This document shows positions 46,759 to 57,359 of a stretch of 64,000 bases of DNA, piece by piece. The stretch spans positions 55,234-119,233 of the forward strand of contig CAWFVB010000011.1 in NCBI GenBank assembly GCA_963819145.1, read 5' to 3'. The notes below the pieces were generated by a model that was given only the letters and a program-made list of their open reading frames with translations, searched no databases and had not been told where the DNA came from. The translations under genes and the position numbers were made by a program. Each line of letters opens with the position of its first letter. Within the stretch, counting starts at the first letter, position 1. Origin of the DNA: an uncultured Acidobacteriaceae bacterium (GTDB taxonomy: Bacteria > Acidobacteriota > Terriglobia > Terriglobales > Acidobacteriaceae).

Positions 46759-47681
46759 TTGCTCTCCGGCGCATTCCTCTCGAGCGCATTCCGATCCCAA
46801 TTGCCGAGTTTGGCTCCCGCCTCGTAAGTGCTTTCGCAGAAATCGAGCAATGTTGTACTGGGCGACTTGGCCTTCTGAACGTCCTCATACATCAGAAGAA
46901 ACTCTCCCAGCTGTTGGTGATAGAAAGCGGCTTCGGGACGGACCGTTGCCTGCTTGAATCCCTGCGGCTGAGGCACCGTGTAGGAATAAAATGCAGCGCC
47001 CTTGATATCTCCGCCGCCTGGCCAAAAACCAACGCTGCTTACCTCGTGGGAATAGGCTTCTCGCGTAATGGCGTCGGCACCGGGTCGCTCTGCTGCCTTT
47101 CGACCGGAGAAGCGACTCACCGCAAGATCAAAGCTTCCCCAAAAAAAATGCACTGGGCTGCATTTCCCCAGAAATCCGGATCGGAATCGGTGGAACACCG
47201 CATCCACCGACAACAAGATGCGCCAGAATCTTTCGACTGCCGCGGGATCATAGGACGCGTGCACACGGTCTTGCTCGAAAGCGATTGGATTCGGAATCTC
47301 GACCGGCATCCGCCAGATCTTGACGTCGATCTCCGCGGACCGAAGCGTCATCATGAATTCCTGGTAGAAATCGGCAACCGTCATAGGAACGAGGGGAAGT
47401 GACTCTACGAGTCCAGCGCTCGTCTCAACCACTAGCTGATGCCGTAGGAAGTCGAACCGAATCTCAAACGCCCGTGAACCATACGGAATTCGAGACGTAG
47501 TCAAGCCCCTCGCGGTCACGTACAACGGAACATTCCACCAGTGGTTTACGAGGGGAGTGAGGCGCAGCCGGACCTTTCCCACGATCTGGGTCCACATATG
47601 GAGTGTGTCATAGGTGCCTTTCCAGTCGTCCAGCGGGAGGCTGGGCCAGCATTCCGGTCGATCGGCAGCAAAAGCAGACAT
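46755..47681 (-). CDS. DUF5996-like conserved hypothetical protein
   Basis: 308-aa ORF with good coding character. The motif CSPVHFFWGSFDLAVSRFSGR, as I recall it, is typical of DUF5996. The family name is from memory and not verified. Confidence 0.65.
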   Translation of the reverse strand: MSAFAADRPECWPSLPLDDWKGTYDTLHMWTQIVGKVRLRLTPLVNHWWNVPLYVTARGLTTSRIPYGSRAFEIRFDFLRHQLVVETSAGLVESLPLVPMTVADFYQEFMMTLRSAEIDVKIWRMPVEIPNPIAFEQDRVHASYDPAAVERFWRILLSVDAVFHRFRSGFLGKCSPVHFFWGSFDLAVSRFSGRKAAERPGADAITREAYSHEVSSVGFWPGGGDIKGAAFYSYTVPQPQGFKQATVRPEAAFYHQQLGEFLLMYEDVQKAKSPSTTLLDFCESTYEAGAKLGNWDRNALERNAPESK

Positions 47682-47801
47682 AGTTCGGAACCCCGCATTA
47701 GCCGCAGTCTACCACTGGGCCCACAGCGCAGCGCGAAGCTTCTTGCTGAATTACTCAAAGGTGAGGTCGATTGACGGAATGCGGACCGAAGGTCAACCGA
47801 C

Positions 47802-48575
47802 TTAAAGATTCTTCTCGATCAGATGTTGCAGCCCGGCACGATAACCGCGGCTACTGGACAATTCCTTGCCGCTTTTCAACACCACAATGTATTCACCGCT
47901 GTTGCAAGGTTGCAGTTCCTTGATCTTGTCCACATTTACGATGATCGAGCGGTGGATACGAACGAATTGGCCCGGATCGAGCCGCTCGGAAACACGGCCG
48001 ATCCGCTCCCGCAACAGGTATGAGTCCTTGCCAACGTTCAGCTTTACGTAATTTGCCGCCGCTTCCACCCACTCAATCTCATCCAGGTCAAGAAATACGA
48101 CCCGGCCGCCGGCTTTGATGACCAGGCGTTTCTCGACTGGCGACTTCGGCTTCGCTTCGTTGAGAAAGTCGAGTACGCGGCTCGCCACCTGACTGCCGGT
48201 TGTCTTGAGAATCTCTGCTCGAGCTCGCTCAATCGCGTGATGAAGCCGTTCCTGGTCAAATGGCTTGAGCAAATAATCCAGCGCGTGCGATTCAAATGCG
48301 CGGATTGCGTATTGATCGTAAGCCGTCGTAAAAATGACAACTGGCAGTTTGTCTGGCGGAACACTCTCCAGGACTTCAAAACCATTGGCGCCCGGCATTT
48401 GAATGTCCAGCAGCAACAGATCAGGTTCGTAGTCTTTCAGAGCAGCAATGGTCCGTTGACCGTCGCGGCATTCCGCTACTACGTGCACTCCGGGTTCCGC
48501 GGCAAGTAATATGCGGAGTTTCTTTCTGCCCAATGGCTCATCGTCAGCGATGATCGTGCGGATCTCAGGCACCAT
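47802..48575 (-). CDS. LytR/AlgR-family response regulator (REC plus LytTR)
   Basis: IRTIIADDEPLGRKKL...LLLLDIQMPGANGFEV (REC) and RVVFLDLDEIEWVEAAANYVKL...FVRIHRSIIVN (LytTR). ATG 48575 lies 11 nt inside the kinase gene. Confidence 0.9.
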   Translation of the reverse strand: MVPEIRTIIADDEPLGRKKLRILLAAEPGVHVVAECRDGQRTIAALKDYEPDLLLLDIQMPGANGFEVLESVPPDKLPVVIFTTAYDQYAIRAFESHALDYLLKPFDQERLHHAIERARAEILKTTGSQVASRVLDFLNEAKPKSPVEKRLVIKAGGRVVFLDLDEIEWVEAAANYVKLNVGKDSYLLRERIGRVSERLDPGQFVRIHRSIIVNVDKIKELQPCNSGEYIVVLKSGKELSSSRGYRAGLQHLIEKNL

Positions 48576-49971
48576 CGGAGGATTCTCCAGTCGGCGTTTC
48601 CAGACCTTCAGGGATCGGTCCATGGATCAGTAGACGTGGATCAAGGTGAAAGGGTATCCGCACGCAAACCTCCACACCACAATTCGGGAGTTCGCGCAGA
48701 TCCAGACTCTGCTCACCGCCGTAGAGTGTCTTGAGCCGCTCTCGCGTCGCACGCAAGCCTAATCCTTGCTTTGACTCAACAGTTCCGGCATCGCCAAGTC
48801 CGGGGCCGGTATCGGTTATCTTCAGATAGAGGTTGCGCTCATCATGGGAGGAGATGATTTGGATCTCACCGCCTTCAGCCTGTCTGGAAATGCCGTGCTT
48901 GACGGCATTCTCCACTAAGGGCTGCAGCAGAAGGCTTGGAACCTGAGCATCGAGCGTATCGGGAGCAATGTCGAGCACAAGGCTGAGTCTGTCTTCGAAA
49001 CGTATTTTTTCGATTTCGAGATAGCCATTTACGAATTCCAGCTCCTGGTTCAGCGTTGTGATCTGGGTCGCGTTGTTTTCCAGCGTCAGGCGCAAGAGAT
49101 CACTGAGACGCGTCATCATCTTGTCGGCCGCGCGGACGTCAGTGAGCATGAGCGCAGAAATGGAATGCAGAGTATTGAACAGGAAGTGTGGCTGCAGTTG
49201 GCTTTTCAGCGCTTGCAAATGCGACCTGCCCAACTGGATCTCAAGCTGGGATGTACGAATCTCCCGTTCCCTCAGTGTCTGGTAGTAAGACACTGCGTGG
49301 GCGATGAAAACAACCGGCACGTAGGCGTCGGTGATGTCATCGAATACGCTCGAGAAAAACAACACCCTGAGCCTCGGCCATTGAATTCTGAGCGCGTGCG
49401 TTCCGACATCCCAAATCGGGGATACCCACCTATGTAGCTGCGAATCCCAGATCGCATAGGGAGTTAAGGCCCTCAACGCTACGTGAATAACCGCGAATGC
49501 GATCCCGCAGGCGAGATGTAAAAAGGAACGCTGCACCCAATTGCTACGTTGAAATGGATAGCGGATGCCGAGCGCGAACACAAAAGGAGTCAGCGGAGCA
49601 TAGGTGAGTAGCTCGCTGAACTGGAGAAAAAGGGTTTCTTTGAAATTCGTGCGCATGCTCGCCGCATAGATTTCGTAGACAGTTCCGGCAGCGGCAAAGC
49701 TTAAGAACGTCCATACTCCGAAGCTGATCGCCCAGATCAACGAGGTGCGGTGGCGGGGAATGAGTTCCGGGTCCGGGATAGTGCGATCGGCCAGCGCCAC
49801 CCCCCGCCGCGGCCGCCGAACGAGTTCTCCCCCGCAATTCGGGCACGTGCCCTGGAACCCCGATTCGCAAGCCGGGCAAAAGGTGCACTCGTACGAACAA
49901 ATGTAGGCCTCTCTATCGGACAGGAGGGTTGCCCCACACTTCTCGCACTGGACCTTCATTTCAAGCTGCAT
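48565..49971 (-). CDS. LytS/YehU-type sensor histidine kinase with an N-terminal DUF1272 zinc-ribbon
   Basis: N-terminus MKVQCEKCGATLLSDREAYICSYECTFCPACESGFQGTCPNCGGELVRRPRRG matches the DUF1272 pattern. It is followed by about 5 TM helices, a His_kinase domain (LQPHFLFNTLHSI) and HATPase_c (ENAVKHG, DTGPGL). Start is 49971 or 49959. Confidence 0.85.
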   Translation of the reverse strand: MQLEMKVQCEKCGATLLSDREAYICSYECTFCPACESGFQGTCPNCGGELVRRPRRGVALADRTIPDPELIPRHRTSLIWAISFGVWTFLSFAAAGTVYEIYAASMRTNFKETLFLQFSELLTYAPLTPFVFALGIRYPFQRSNWVQRSFLHLACGIAFAVIHVALRALTPYAIWDSQLHRWVSPIWDVGTHALRIQWPRLRVLFFSSVFDDITDAYVPVVFIAHAVSYYQTLREREIRTSQLEIQLGRSHLQALKSQLQPHFLFNTLHSISALMLTDVRAADKMMTRLSDLLRLTLENNATQITTLNQELEFVNGYLEIEKIRFEDRLSLVLDIAPDTLDAQVPSLLLQPLVENAVKHGISRQAEGGEIQIISSHDERNLYLKITDTGPGLGDAGTVESKQGLGLRATRERLKTLYGGEQSLDLRELPNCGVEVCVRIPFHLDPRLLIHGPIPEGLETPTGESSDGA

Positions 49972-50137
49972 CAGGAACTCAGGGAAGACTGAACCGGTGT
50001 GCGGGTCTCGCAACGTGACGACTGCTTCAGTCTAATACACGCAATCGGTTGGCTCAGCGGGGCCGACCAAAGCTCGTCCCTGATTTCTGTGTATTGGTAA
50101 GCGAATTCACGCCATTCATGGACAGTGATCCCAACAA

Positions 50138-50167
50138 AAAGGCCGCGCCACTTCGGGCGCGGCCTTT
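50138..50167 (-). terminator. Strong intrinsic (bidirectional) terminator after the OMP gene
   Basis: Perfect 12-bp stem aaaggccgcgcc (50138-50149) / ggcgcggccttt (50156-50167) with a 6-nt loop. On the minus strand it is followed by TTTTTGTTGG. It lies 44 nt past the stop at 50211. Confidence 0.8.
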
Positions 50168-50210
50168 GTTCTGCGGGGAGCTACCCAAACCGCGGCGCTC
50201 CCTAGATTGA

Positions 50211-53200
50211 CTAGAATCGGACCCGAAGACCCACTTCGATTTGCCGGTTGCCTCCTGGCTCCTCCTGCGCTGAACCGCCGGCCAGCGTGCCGAAGCCGCC
50301 GAAGTTCGGGGTAGCCCAGTTTCGAAGAAGCCGTTCGGATCCAGGAACTGGTCATGGTTGAAAATGTTAGCGAAGACACCTTGAAGTTCCACGCTAACGC
50401 CCTCCGCCAACCTTGAAGTTCTTCCTGACACTGAGGTCCATATTCCAATAGGGCAGTCCCGGGATGCAGCCAAAACCGCAGTCCTTGGTGTCCAATCCCA
50501 GAATCGGGTTGCGGAAATTGTTCGCCGCGGCCGGTCCTGCCGCGAAAATGTTCGGGAACGGCCGTTGGGCTGCCCGTAAACATGACCGCTCTTAGCTGGT
50601 CCGATGGCCAATGCATTTTCGTTGCCGAAGTAGTTGTTGCCATCCCCGGAACCAAACTCCTGCGCTCCGGCTCCGGCCGCGGTAAAATTTCGTAGGGCGC
50701 GCCGCTGCCGGCGGAGAATACAGAGGAGAACGTCCAGCCGCCCAGCACGCGTCCCAGGAGTCCCGACTGCCCCTTAAAGAACGGCGGCTGGTACACGAAG
50801 AAAAAGTTGTACACGAACTTGCGGTTGAAGGTCTGATAGCCCGTACATGGTCCTCAAGATTGAAGGGATCGTCCGGAGTAAATCCGCTCGTTGCCTGGGC
50901 CAGCGCTCCGGTCCCCAACGCTTTGGAATACGTGAGGTTGGACTGTAGCGTCAATCCCCTCCAGTCGGCCATCTTGAGAGAGACAAAACCACCATTGTAA
51001 TTGCCATGACGGATGCTGGCATTATCCGCCGGGCCCTGATGTCATCTGGGGCGACGTGGCCCCAATGGCGGGGTTGGTGTTGTTCATCATCGTGGTGCCA
51101 ACATTGAGGCCCTGACCGTTAGGCGCATGCGCGACGCAATTCGGTGACACGCCGCCATCCAGATCGCTCCACAGACTCCAGACCGCGCGGTTGAGACTAT
51201 TGGTGCCCGAAGAGGCCCTTTCAGTTACGGCTACGACAGTAGGGGTGCGGCGTTCCCCCGACATACGGAGAACTGCAATAGGGGAGGTGGCATCCCAATC
51301 GCCGCTTCGAAGAACGGTTGTGTCGTGACCGCCGACGGGTTCGGGTCGCCGCTGCCATCCCCGTTGCAGCCGCCACCGGCGAGCCCGCTGATGCCACCGC
51401 ACAATTGCATAACGACGTTCTTGTAGGCCTGGGCGAATTGCTGGCCGCCCTGGGTCATCATGTAGGGTACAGCGTTCAGGTTGACGGGCAGGTATTCGTG
51501 AGCGATCCTGCGTCCGATATAGCCAACCTCCAAAATGACTTTCCTGGACAGCTGCCGCTGCACGGTGAGGTTGAACGAATCCACCTGATTGGGTCGGAAA
51601 TTCGGATCCAGCACAGAGGCGGTGGCGGCCGAGATCCCATTGACTCCGGGAAAATACGGTTGGGGAAGGGTGGCCGCGGCCTGCTGAATTGGCGCGGTCG
51701 CGCCGTCCATGACAATGCGAAAGGCGTTGCTGGCGTTATTGGTCCCGGTGGCGCCGCAAGTTACCGTCACTGAGGCCCGTGCGGCATTGCACGGGTTGGA
51801 GCAAGCCGGGACCGAGCAAAGGCACCAGTACCAGATCCACGCCGTTTAGCCGGCCGAACACGCGCCCATAACCGGCGCGAATGACGGTATCTTCATGGCC
51901 GAAGAATTTGCCCGCAAAAGAATTTTCGTCAAATGCGAGGACTCCAGGCCGCGGCGATACGCGGGCTGAATTCTCCGTAGAAAGGGTTATAGGGATACTT
52001 CTGTCCGTTGCCAACATTGCCCAGCAAGGCAAAACCGATTTCGGGATTGTAGATTTGACCCTGCAGCGCCGCACGCTTGCGAGCCGCCAGGTAGGCGACC
52101 CCGTGGAAATTGGCTGGTCTGACGAGTCCACCAGTTCCACCTGCTTGCCGGTTGGCTTCCACCGGCGGCATCTCCAGCGTCCAGCCGAGTCCATAAGTCA
52201 GGGTAAAGGTCGGCTTCATGTGCCAGGTGTCGCTGAAGTAGACGTTGTAGTAAGGGATGGTGCTTTTGTCGAAAGCCGGGGACCCGAGAGGATTCAACTC
52301 AGATTCGTGCCGGAGCGGGTATAGGCAACCTGTGCGATTGAAACGATGCCGAGACCGCTGCGCTGAGAGAGCTGCAATTGGTGATGGTGACGCCGGGCTG
52401 GGAGCAAAGTGGTATATCTGCTTGCGAGACCCGAACCGGTGGTCCCATTGCCAAGCTTCGTAGACAAATTGATTGTTGATGCCTCCACCGTTGTCGGTGC
52501 GTTGATGGTAATCCCAATTGTGTTCGTAGATGCCGCCAAAGGTGAAGAGGTGGTTGCCCTTCGGAGCATGGAGACATCGTCGCGCAGCATCTGAATCGTG
52601 CCCATCCCAGAAACGGTTGCGCGTGTTCTGCGTGTCCACATTGTAGGGCCCGAGATCATTCACTTGCCCGTATCCCTGGCCGCTAAAATTTCGAGAGCTC
52701 CGGCGCCCAGTGTGGACGATCTGCGTCGGATCTCCCGCTCGCTCCCATTGCCAGTAGTTACGCAGAAAGCTGTAGTGCAGATCGTTGGTGGTATTGGTGC
52801 TGATATTCGTGGTCAACCCCACCGTCCACAAGAAAGCCTGTTGCGGAAGACTGGACAGAGAAGCCGGAGATGCCAAGCTTGTCTCCGGGAAAGAAGCCGC
52901 CAATGTCGACCTGGGCGTCTGCGGCGGCTTTCAGCGCGTACCAGCGATAGCTCGACATGAGGTGCCACTTCGACGAAAAATCATGATCCAGTCGTCCGAC
53001 CGCGAACTTGCTGGTGGTTGGCTGGGCAAGGTTGGCTGAGAATCCCTGAATGTTCGAAAAAGTCCCGGCCAGCGGTTGGTCGCAGAGGTCAGTGTACAGT
53101 GAGCACCATTGCTCTGCGGTTCGTACTTGCTCCAGATCCGCTGAATCAGGGAGTTGATCCCGATTCCTCGCGGGTCGAGAGTGGTTCCCGGGTAAGTAAT

Positions 53201-54358
53201 TCCGTTATAGGTGACAGAGGTTGGATTCAGGTTATACAGAGCGCCCGTTGCGTCATCCGTCAACAGCCCAAGGCGCAAGGTCGGCGACGGGACATTTCTT
53301 ACGATGGTTTCTGAGTTGGGAAAGTTGAACGCCTCATAGTTGGCGAAAAAGTAGGTCTTGCCGCCGAGAAGATTCTTAGGAATGATCGGCCCACCGATGG
53401 CCCCACCGTAACGGCTGTAGTGGAAGCTTGGAATCGGCGTGATTGGGTCATTGTGGTTGTTTTGCCAGGAGTTCGAAGACCAGTTGTTGTCTTTGTAATA
53501 TTCGTAGCCGGTGCCATGCCATGCATCGGTTCCACGCTTGGTGACTACCTTCACTTCTGAACCGGCGGAACTATTGAAGTCTGCGGTCTGACCCGCGGTA
53601 TTTACCTTAAACTCTTCAACACTATCCTGCGGAGTGGGCAAGACACCCGTGGCACCACCCACGCCGGTGCCGCCTTCGGACGGTCCTTGGCTGTTTTGAT
53701 TGGCAACACCGCCGGTCGGGTCGCCGGCAAAACTCTTCGTGTAAACGTTCATGCTGCCATCCATGTCGTTGCTATTGTTGCCGCCGTCGAGCATGAACGT
53801 ACTTTGGTCCATGACCGCTCCCGCGACCGAACCGTCGGGACTCACGCCGGGCTGCAAAGCGACGAACGTGCTGACGTCGCGGCCCAGGCTTGGCAAATTG
53901 TCGATCGTGAGGTTCGTGATCGTATTGCCTACGGTAGCGTTCATGGTCTGCAATTCGTTGCCAACCGCCGTCACTTCCACAACCACGTTGCTGCCGCCTA
54001 CCGCCAAGGCGAGATTCATTGTGACTGAACTTCCAACGGTTACCGTGGCGTGGGCCTTGCTGGTGGAGAACCCTTGCTTCGCAATGGTGAGATCGTAAGC
54101 GCCGGGGGCGACATCCACGAAAATATATCGTCCCGCATCATTCGTGTCAGTCCTCCGTGAATTCTTAGTGGAAGTATCAGTGAGTGTGACGGCGGCGCCG
54201 CTTACGACTGCATTGCTCTGATCGGTCACGGTTCCGACGACCGTGCCGGTGTTGGTCGACTGCGCTCGCGCGGGTAAGGCCCCGCCCAGATAGATCGCCG
54301 CAGCCACAAAGAGAAGAAGGGTCACAACAACCGCGCGGATCTGGTCACTTACACGCAT
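50211..54358 (-). pseudogene. Giant CarboxypepD_reg-like / TonB-dependent-receptor-type outer-membrane protein, heavily frameshifted
   Basis: The N-terminus from ATG 54358 has a signal peptide plus GTVVGTVTDQSNAVVSGAAVTLTDTSTKNSRRTDTNDAGRYIFVDVAPGAYDL (CarboxypepD_reg). Beta-barrel-like sequence continues in ORFs 51929..52903, 51736..52194, 51231..51770, 50592..50972 and 50116..50814. My translation of the end is ...IEVGLRVRF*, the terminal aromatic typical of OMPs. Confidence 0.8.
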
Positions 54359-54952
54359 GGCAAGAAGCCTCCTGGAGATTTTTTGCAAACGCTTCCTGTG
54401 AAAACAAACAAGAAACCTTTGCCGATCCGAAGACAAAACAGACGTTCACTGCGATTGCAAATTGGTGGCCAGGAAAACAAACAACAGGAAGGTGTGGTAC
54501 CAGTGCATGGATTCTGATGACGAATTCGACCGCTCACTCGACGAGCGGGACGAATTATGGAAATACGGAGGAGATGTTTTGTGCGCTGAGAATTGCTCAG
54601 TCTATGTGAATCCGTAGCCGGCGATTCGATTTGTTATGAAACTCGGGAGTTTTGATGTCCATGGGGGAGAAAAACAGTGCCGAAATACAGCTCGCGTTCG
54701 AGCCGCGCGAAAAGGACGACTCTTCTTCATCGGCGCAGGCGAGACATCGACGGTCTGTTGCGTTGTTACGTGGCACCGACGATTCGGCCTGCTTTCGTTT
54801 GAGGAGACCGTTCGCCGCCAGGAAACATCGACCCGAACCACATCGGAATGCATCTGTCCCCAAACTCTTCCATTCCTCCAGAAATGATGGACAATCGCTC
54901 TCAGTTAACACTTTGTGTCGAGTGGAGTCGCACAGAAAACAGGGGGACGATC

Positions 54953-55411
54953 ATGCAGGAAAGTTTGTCAGTACAGCCATCGGGCGGTGTTCAGGTCGAC
55001 AAAGTGCTTGAGGAAATGCACCGCGAATTCAAAACGCTCATGGTGCAGAGAGCGGCGATTCTGAGGCGGATCGGCACGATCAAACAAACCATTCATGGGC
55101 TGGCGAAACTCTTTGGCGAAGACGCAGTCGGCGGGGAGGTGTCGGAACTCGTTGATGGCAAGTCGAGTACACGTACGAGAGGATTCACCAGAACCTGCCG
55201 TCTAGTGCTGATGGAGTCAAAACGACCGATGGCAAGCCAGGAAGTTTGTGAGGAAGTCAAGCGCCGCAGTCCCGACCTGCTGGCTCACCATAAGGATCCC
55301 TTGGCTTCGGTATCAACCGTGCTCAGCCGTCTGGCGAGATATGGCGAGGCGCGCGCCGTTCTTGGCGAACGAGGCCGGCGCGAATGGGAGTGGGTTACAG
55401 AGAGGCTGTGA
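54953..55411 (+). CDS. Hypothetical protein (coiled-coil N-terminus, possible winged-helix C-terminus)
   Basis: In-frame ATG 54953 is preceded by AGGGGGA. The 152-aa protein starts MQESLSVQPSGG...; no family recognised. Confidence 0.45.
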   Translation: MQESLSVQPSGGVQVDKVLEEMHREFKTLMVQRAAILRRIGTIKQTIHGLAKLFGEDAVGGEVSELVDGKSSTRTRGFTRTCRLVLMESKRPMASQEVCEEVKRRSPDLLAHHKDPLASVSTVLSRLARYGEARAVLGERGRREWEWVTERL

Positions 55412-55518
55412 CACTAAGTTTGATTCTGTGATTCTGTTTGCGCCCCTCGATGGGACGCCGAAGAACCGCCCGAGTACGCGTTGGCGATGTAGCCTTCTGC
55501 CTTGCACCAGCGTCGCTG

Positions 55519-56157
55519 TCACTTTGCCGACGCTCGATCGGCTCCGGAGGCGCGACGCCCGCGCCCTCCGAGTTTCTTGCGCGTGAGACTTCTCAGCTTG
55601 GCGCGCGCCCGCGCAATGCGCGCTTTCACCGTCCCCTCCGCCACTCCCAGGAAATCGGTCATTTCCTGGATGGTGAGCCCATCCAGGTGCCGCAGTTGAA
55701 ATGCTTGAAGCAGGGGAGGTGACAACTGCTGGGCTAGCTGCATGATATTTTCCGCGAGGTCAGACCTGCGACATTGCTCTTCAGGACTCGGGCTGTCGTC
55801 GGGCAGCAGTTCGACCAGCGGCAAAACTCCGTGGTCAGAATCGTGCTCGTCGAGGGGAACGTGCAGGTGGCGCGGACGCCGGCGCAATTGCATTCGTGCC
55901 GAATTGATTACGATTGCCGTCAGCCATGTCGACATCCGCGCCTGACCCTTGAATTGTCCGCGGTGCTTATAGGCGGACAACAATGCGTCCTGCACTGCGT
56001 CTTCCGCATCGGCAGCGTTCCCCAAGTGTCGAAAAGCCGTTCGATAAAACAGGGGCCATTGATCCGAGAAGGCAGCATCCATTTCTCGCGCCGTCTTATC
56101 GCTGGAAATGAAATCAAACGTCTGAGTGCTCTCGACCATCGCTGCTGTTGACCCCAT
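55519..56157 (-). CDS. ECF-type RNA polymerase sigma-70 factor
   Basis: Region 2 (DAEDAVQDALLSAYKHRGQF...STWLTAIVINSA) and region 4 (LTIQEMTDFLGVAEGTVKARIARARAKLR). Confidence 0.9.
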   Translation of the reverse strand: MGSTAAMVESTQTFDFISSDKTAREMDAAFSDQWPLFYRTAFRHLGNAADAEDAVQDALLSAYKHRGQFKGQARMSTWLTAIVINSARMQLRRRPRHLHVPLDEHDSDHGVLPLVELLPDDSPSPEEQCRRSDLAENIMQLAQQLSPPLLQAFQLRHLDGLTIQEMTDFLGVAEGTVKARIARARAKLRSLTRKKLGGRGRRASGADRASAK

Positions 56158-56541
56158 ATCTTTCGCTCCCTTTCTCGTCTATTAACCGCCAACATGCCAG
56201 GGCAAACTCTGCTTCGCAACCCTCAAACCCCACAATCGGGCGGCGCAGGAACTATTGGTTCGTCCTGGCATGGTAACGAGAATGAACGCGATCAGGATTT
56301 GCCACCACCCCAAATGCGACAGTATTTGCACTGGATTTTCCTACAGGCGGAGAACGCAGGTGTGATGATGCAGAAATAGTGCTGCGAGTAGAAATGGAGT
56401 CCATATTCCACATCGCCGCGGCGCGGCTCATTGCACACAAGCGGTCCTCCGAGCGCCTCAACGCTGGAGTCCGTAAAATTGAGCCTCCCCTTGGCCAAGG
56501 GCAAGAACACCTATTACAATTCCTGAACTGAGGCAAACCGA

Positions 56542-57171
56542 GTGGGTCCAGCCAAGCCAATCCGCATCCTGAGCGTTGAAGACCATCCCGTTTTTCGTGA
56601 AGGCCTGAGCACGATCATTGGGTCGCAGCAAGACATGGTGATGGTTGCGCAAGCCGGCAACGGAATAGAAGCGGTGGCCGAATTCCGCCGACATCGACCC
56701 GACATCACGCTGATGGACCTGCGCCTTCCCGGAGCCAATGGCACGGATGTTCTGATCGCAATCCGGGGAGAGTTCCCGCAAGCTCGCATCATTATGCTGA
56801 CAAGTTCTGATGGAGATGGCGAGATCCAGCGCGCCATGCGGGCGGGCGCCTCCGGTTACATGCTGAAGAATATGCCGAGAGAAGAATTGTTAGGCGTGAT
56901 TCGTTCGGTGCATACGGGCAAACGGCACGTTCCGCCGCAGGTTGCCGCCAGGCTTGCCGAGCACCTCGGCGACGACGACCTTACCACGCGAGAACTGGAA
57001 GTGCTGCGGCTCATTCGAGACGGCCATCGCAACAAGCAAATCGCCGATCAGCTCGCCATCGCGGAGACGACCGTTAACTTCCACATCAAGAACCTCGTAG
57101 ACAAGTTGGGAGCCAACGATCGGACGCATGCGGTGACGATTGCTGTCAGACGGGGACTGCTTCAAATCTGA
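56542..57171 (+). CDS. NarL/FixJ-family response regulator (REC plus LuxR HTH)
   Basis: [14 protein letters not shown]...[14 protein letters not shown]...K, and [39 protein letters not shown]. Confidence 0.92.
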   Translation: MGPAKPIRILSVEDHPVFREGLSTIIGSQQDMVMVAQAGNGIEAVAEFRRHRPDITLMDLRLPGANGTDVLIAIRGEFPQARIIMLTSSDGDGEIQRAMRAGASGYMLKNMPREELLGVIRSVHTGKRHVPPQVAARLAEHLGDDDLTTRELEVLRLIRDGHRNKQIADQLAIAETTVNFHIKNLVDKLGANDRTHAVTIAVRRGLLQI

Positions 57172-57185
57172 TCCCGTTACCGGCG

Positions 57186-57203
57186 CCTGTAGAAAACTAC
57201 AGG
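57186..57203 (+). other. Small hairpin between the regulator and kinase genes (possible attenuator or processing site)
   Basis: 7-bp stem cctgtag / ctacagg with an aaaa loop, 15 nt after the regulator stop. No U-tract. Confidence 0.2.
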
Positions 57204-57359
57204 GCGCGCGCTGGAGATATTGATGTATCGCAAGGTTCCTGCGACCAGTAAGGTAAGGGCGAGGTGCGAAACTAAGTCGATTGTACTCGCCCGGACTTCT
57301 CGAATCGTGGTGGAGATCCAGTGTTATTCGCTGGTCGCGCTTCGGTGGGAACTCTCTCA

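Noticed and set aside
47146-47165. Terminator-like hairpin: aaatgca / tgcattt stem followed on the minus strand by a T8 run.
   Set aside because: It lies inside the DUF5996-like CDS, where it encodes the conserved HFFWGS motif. The stem is only 7 bp and AT-rich.
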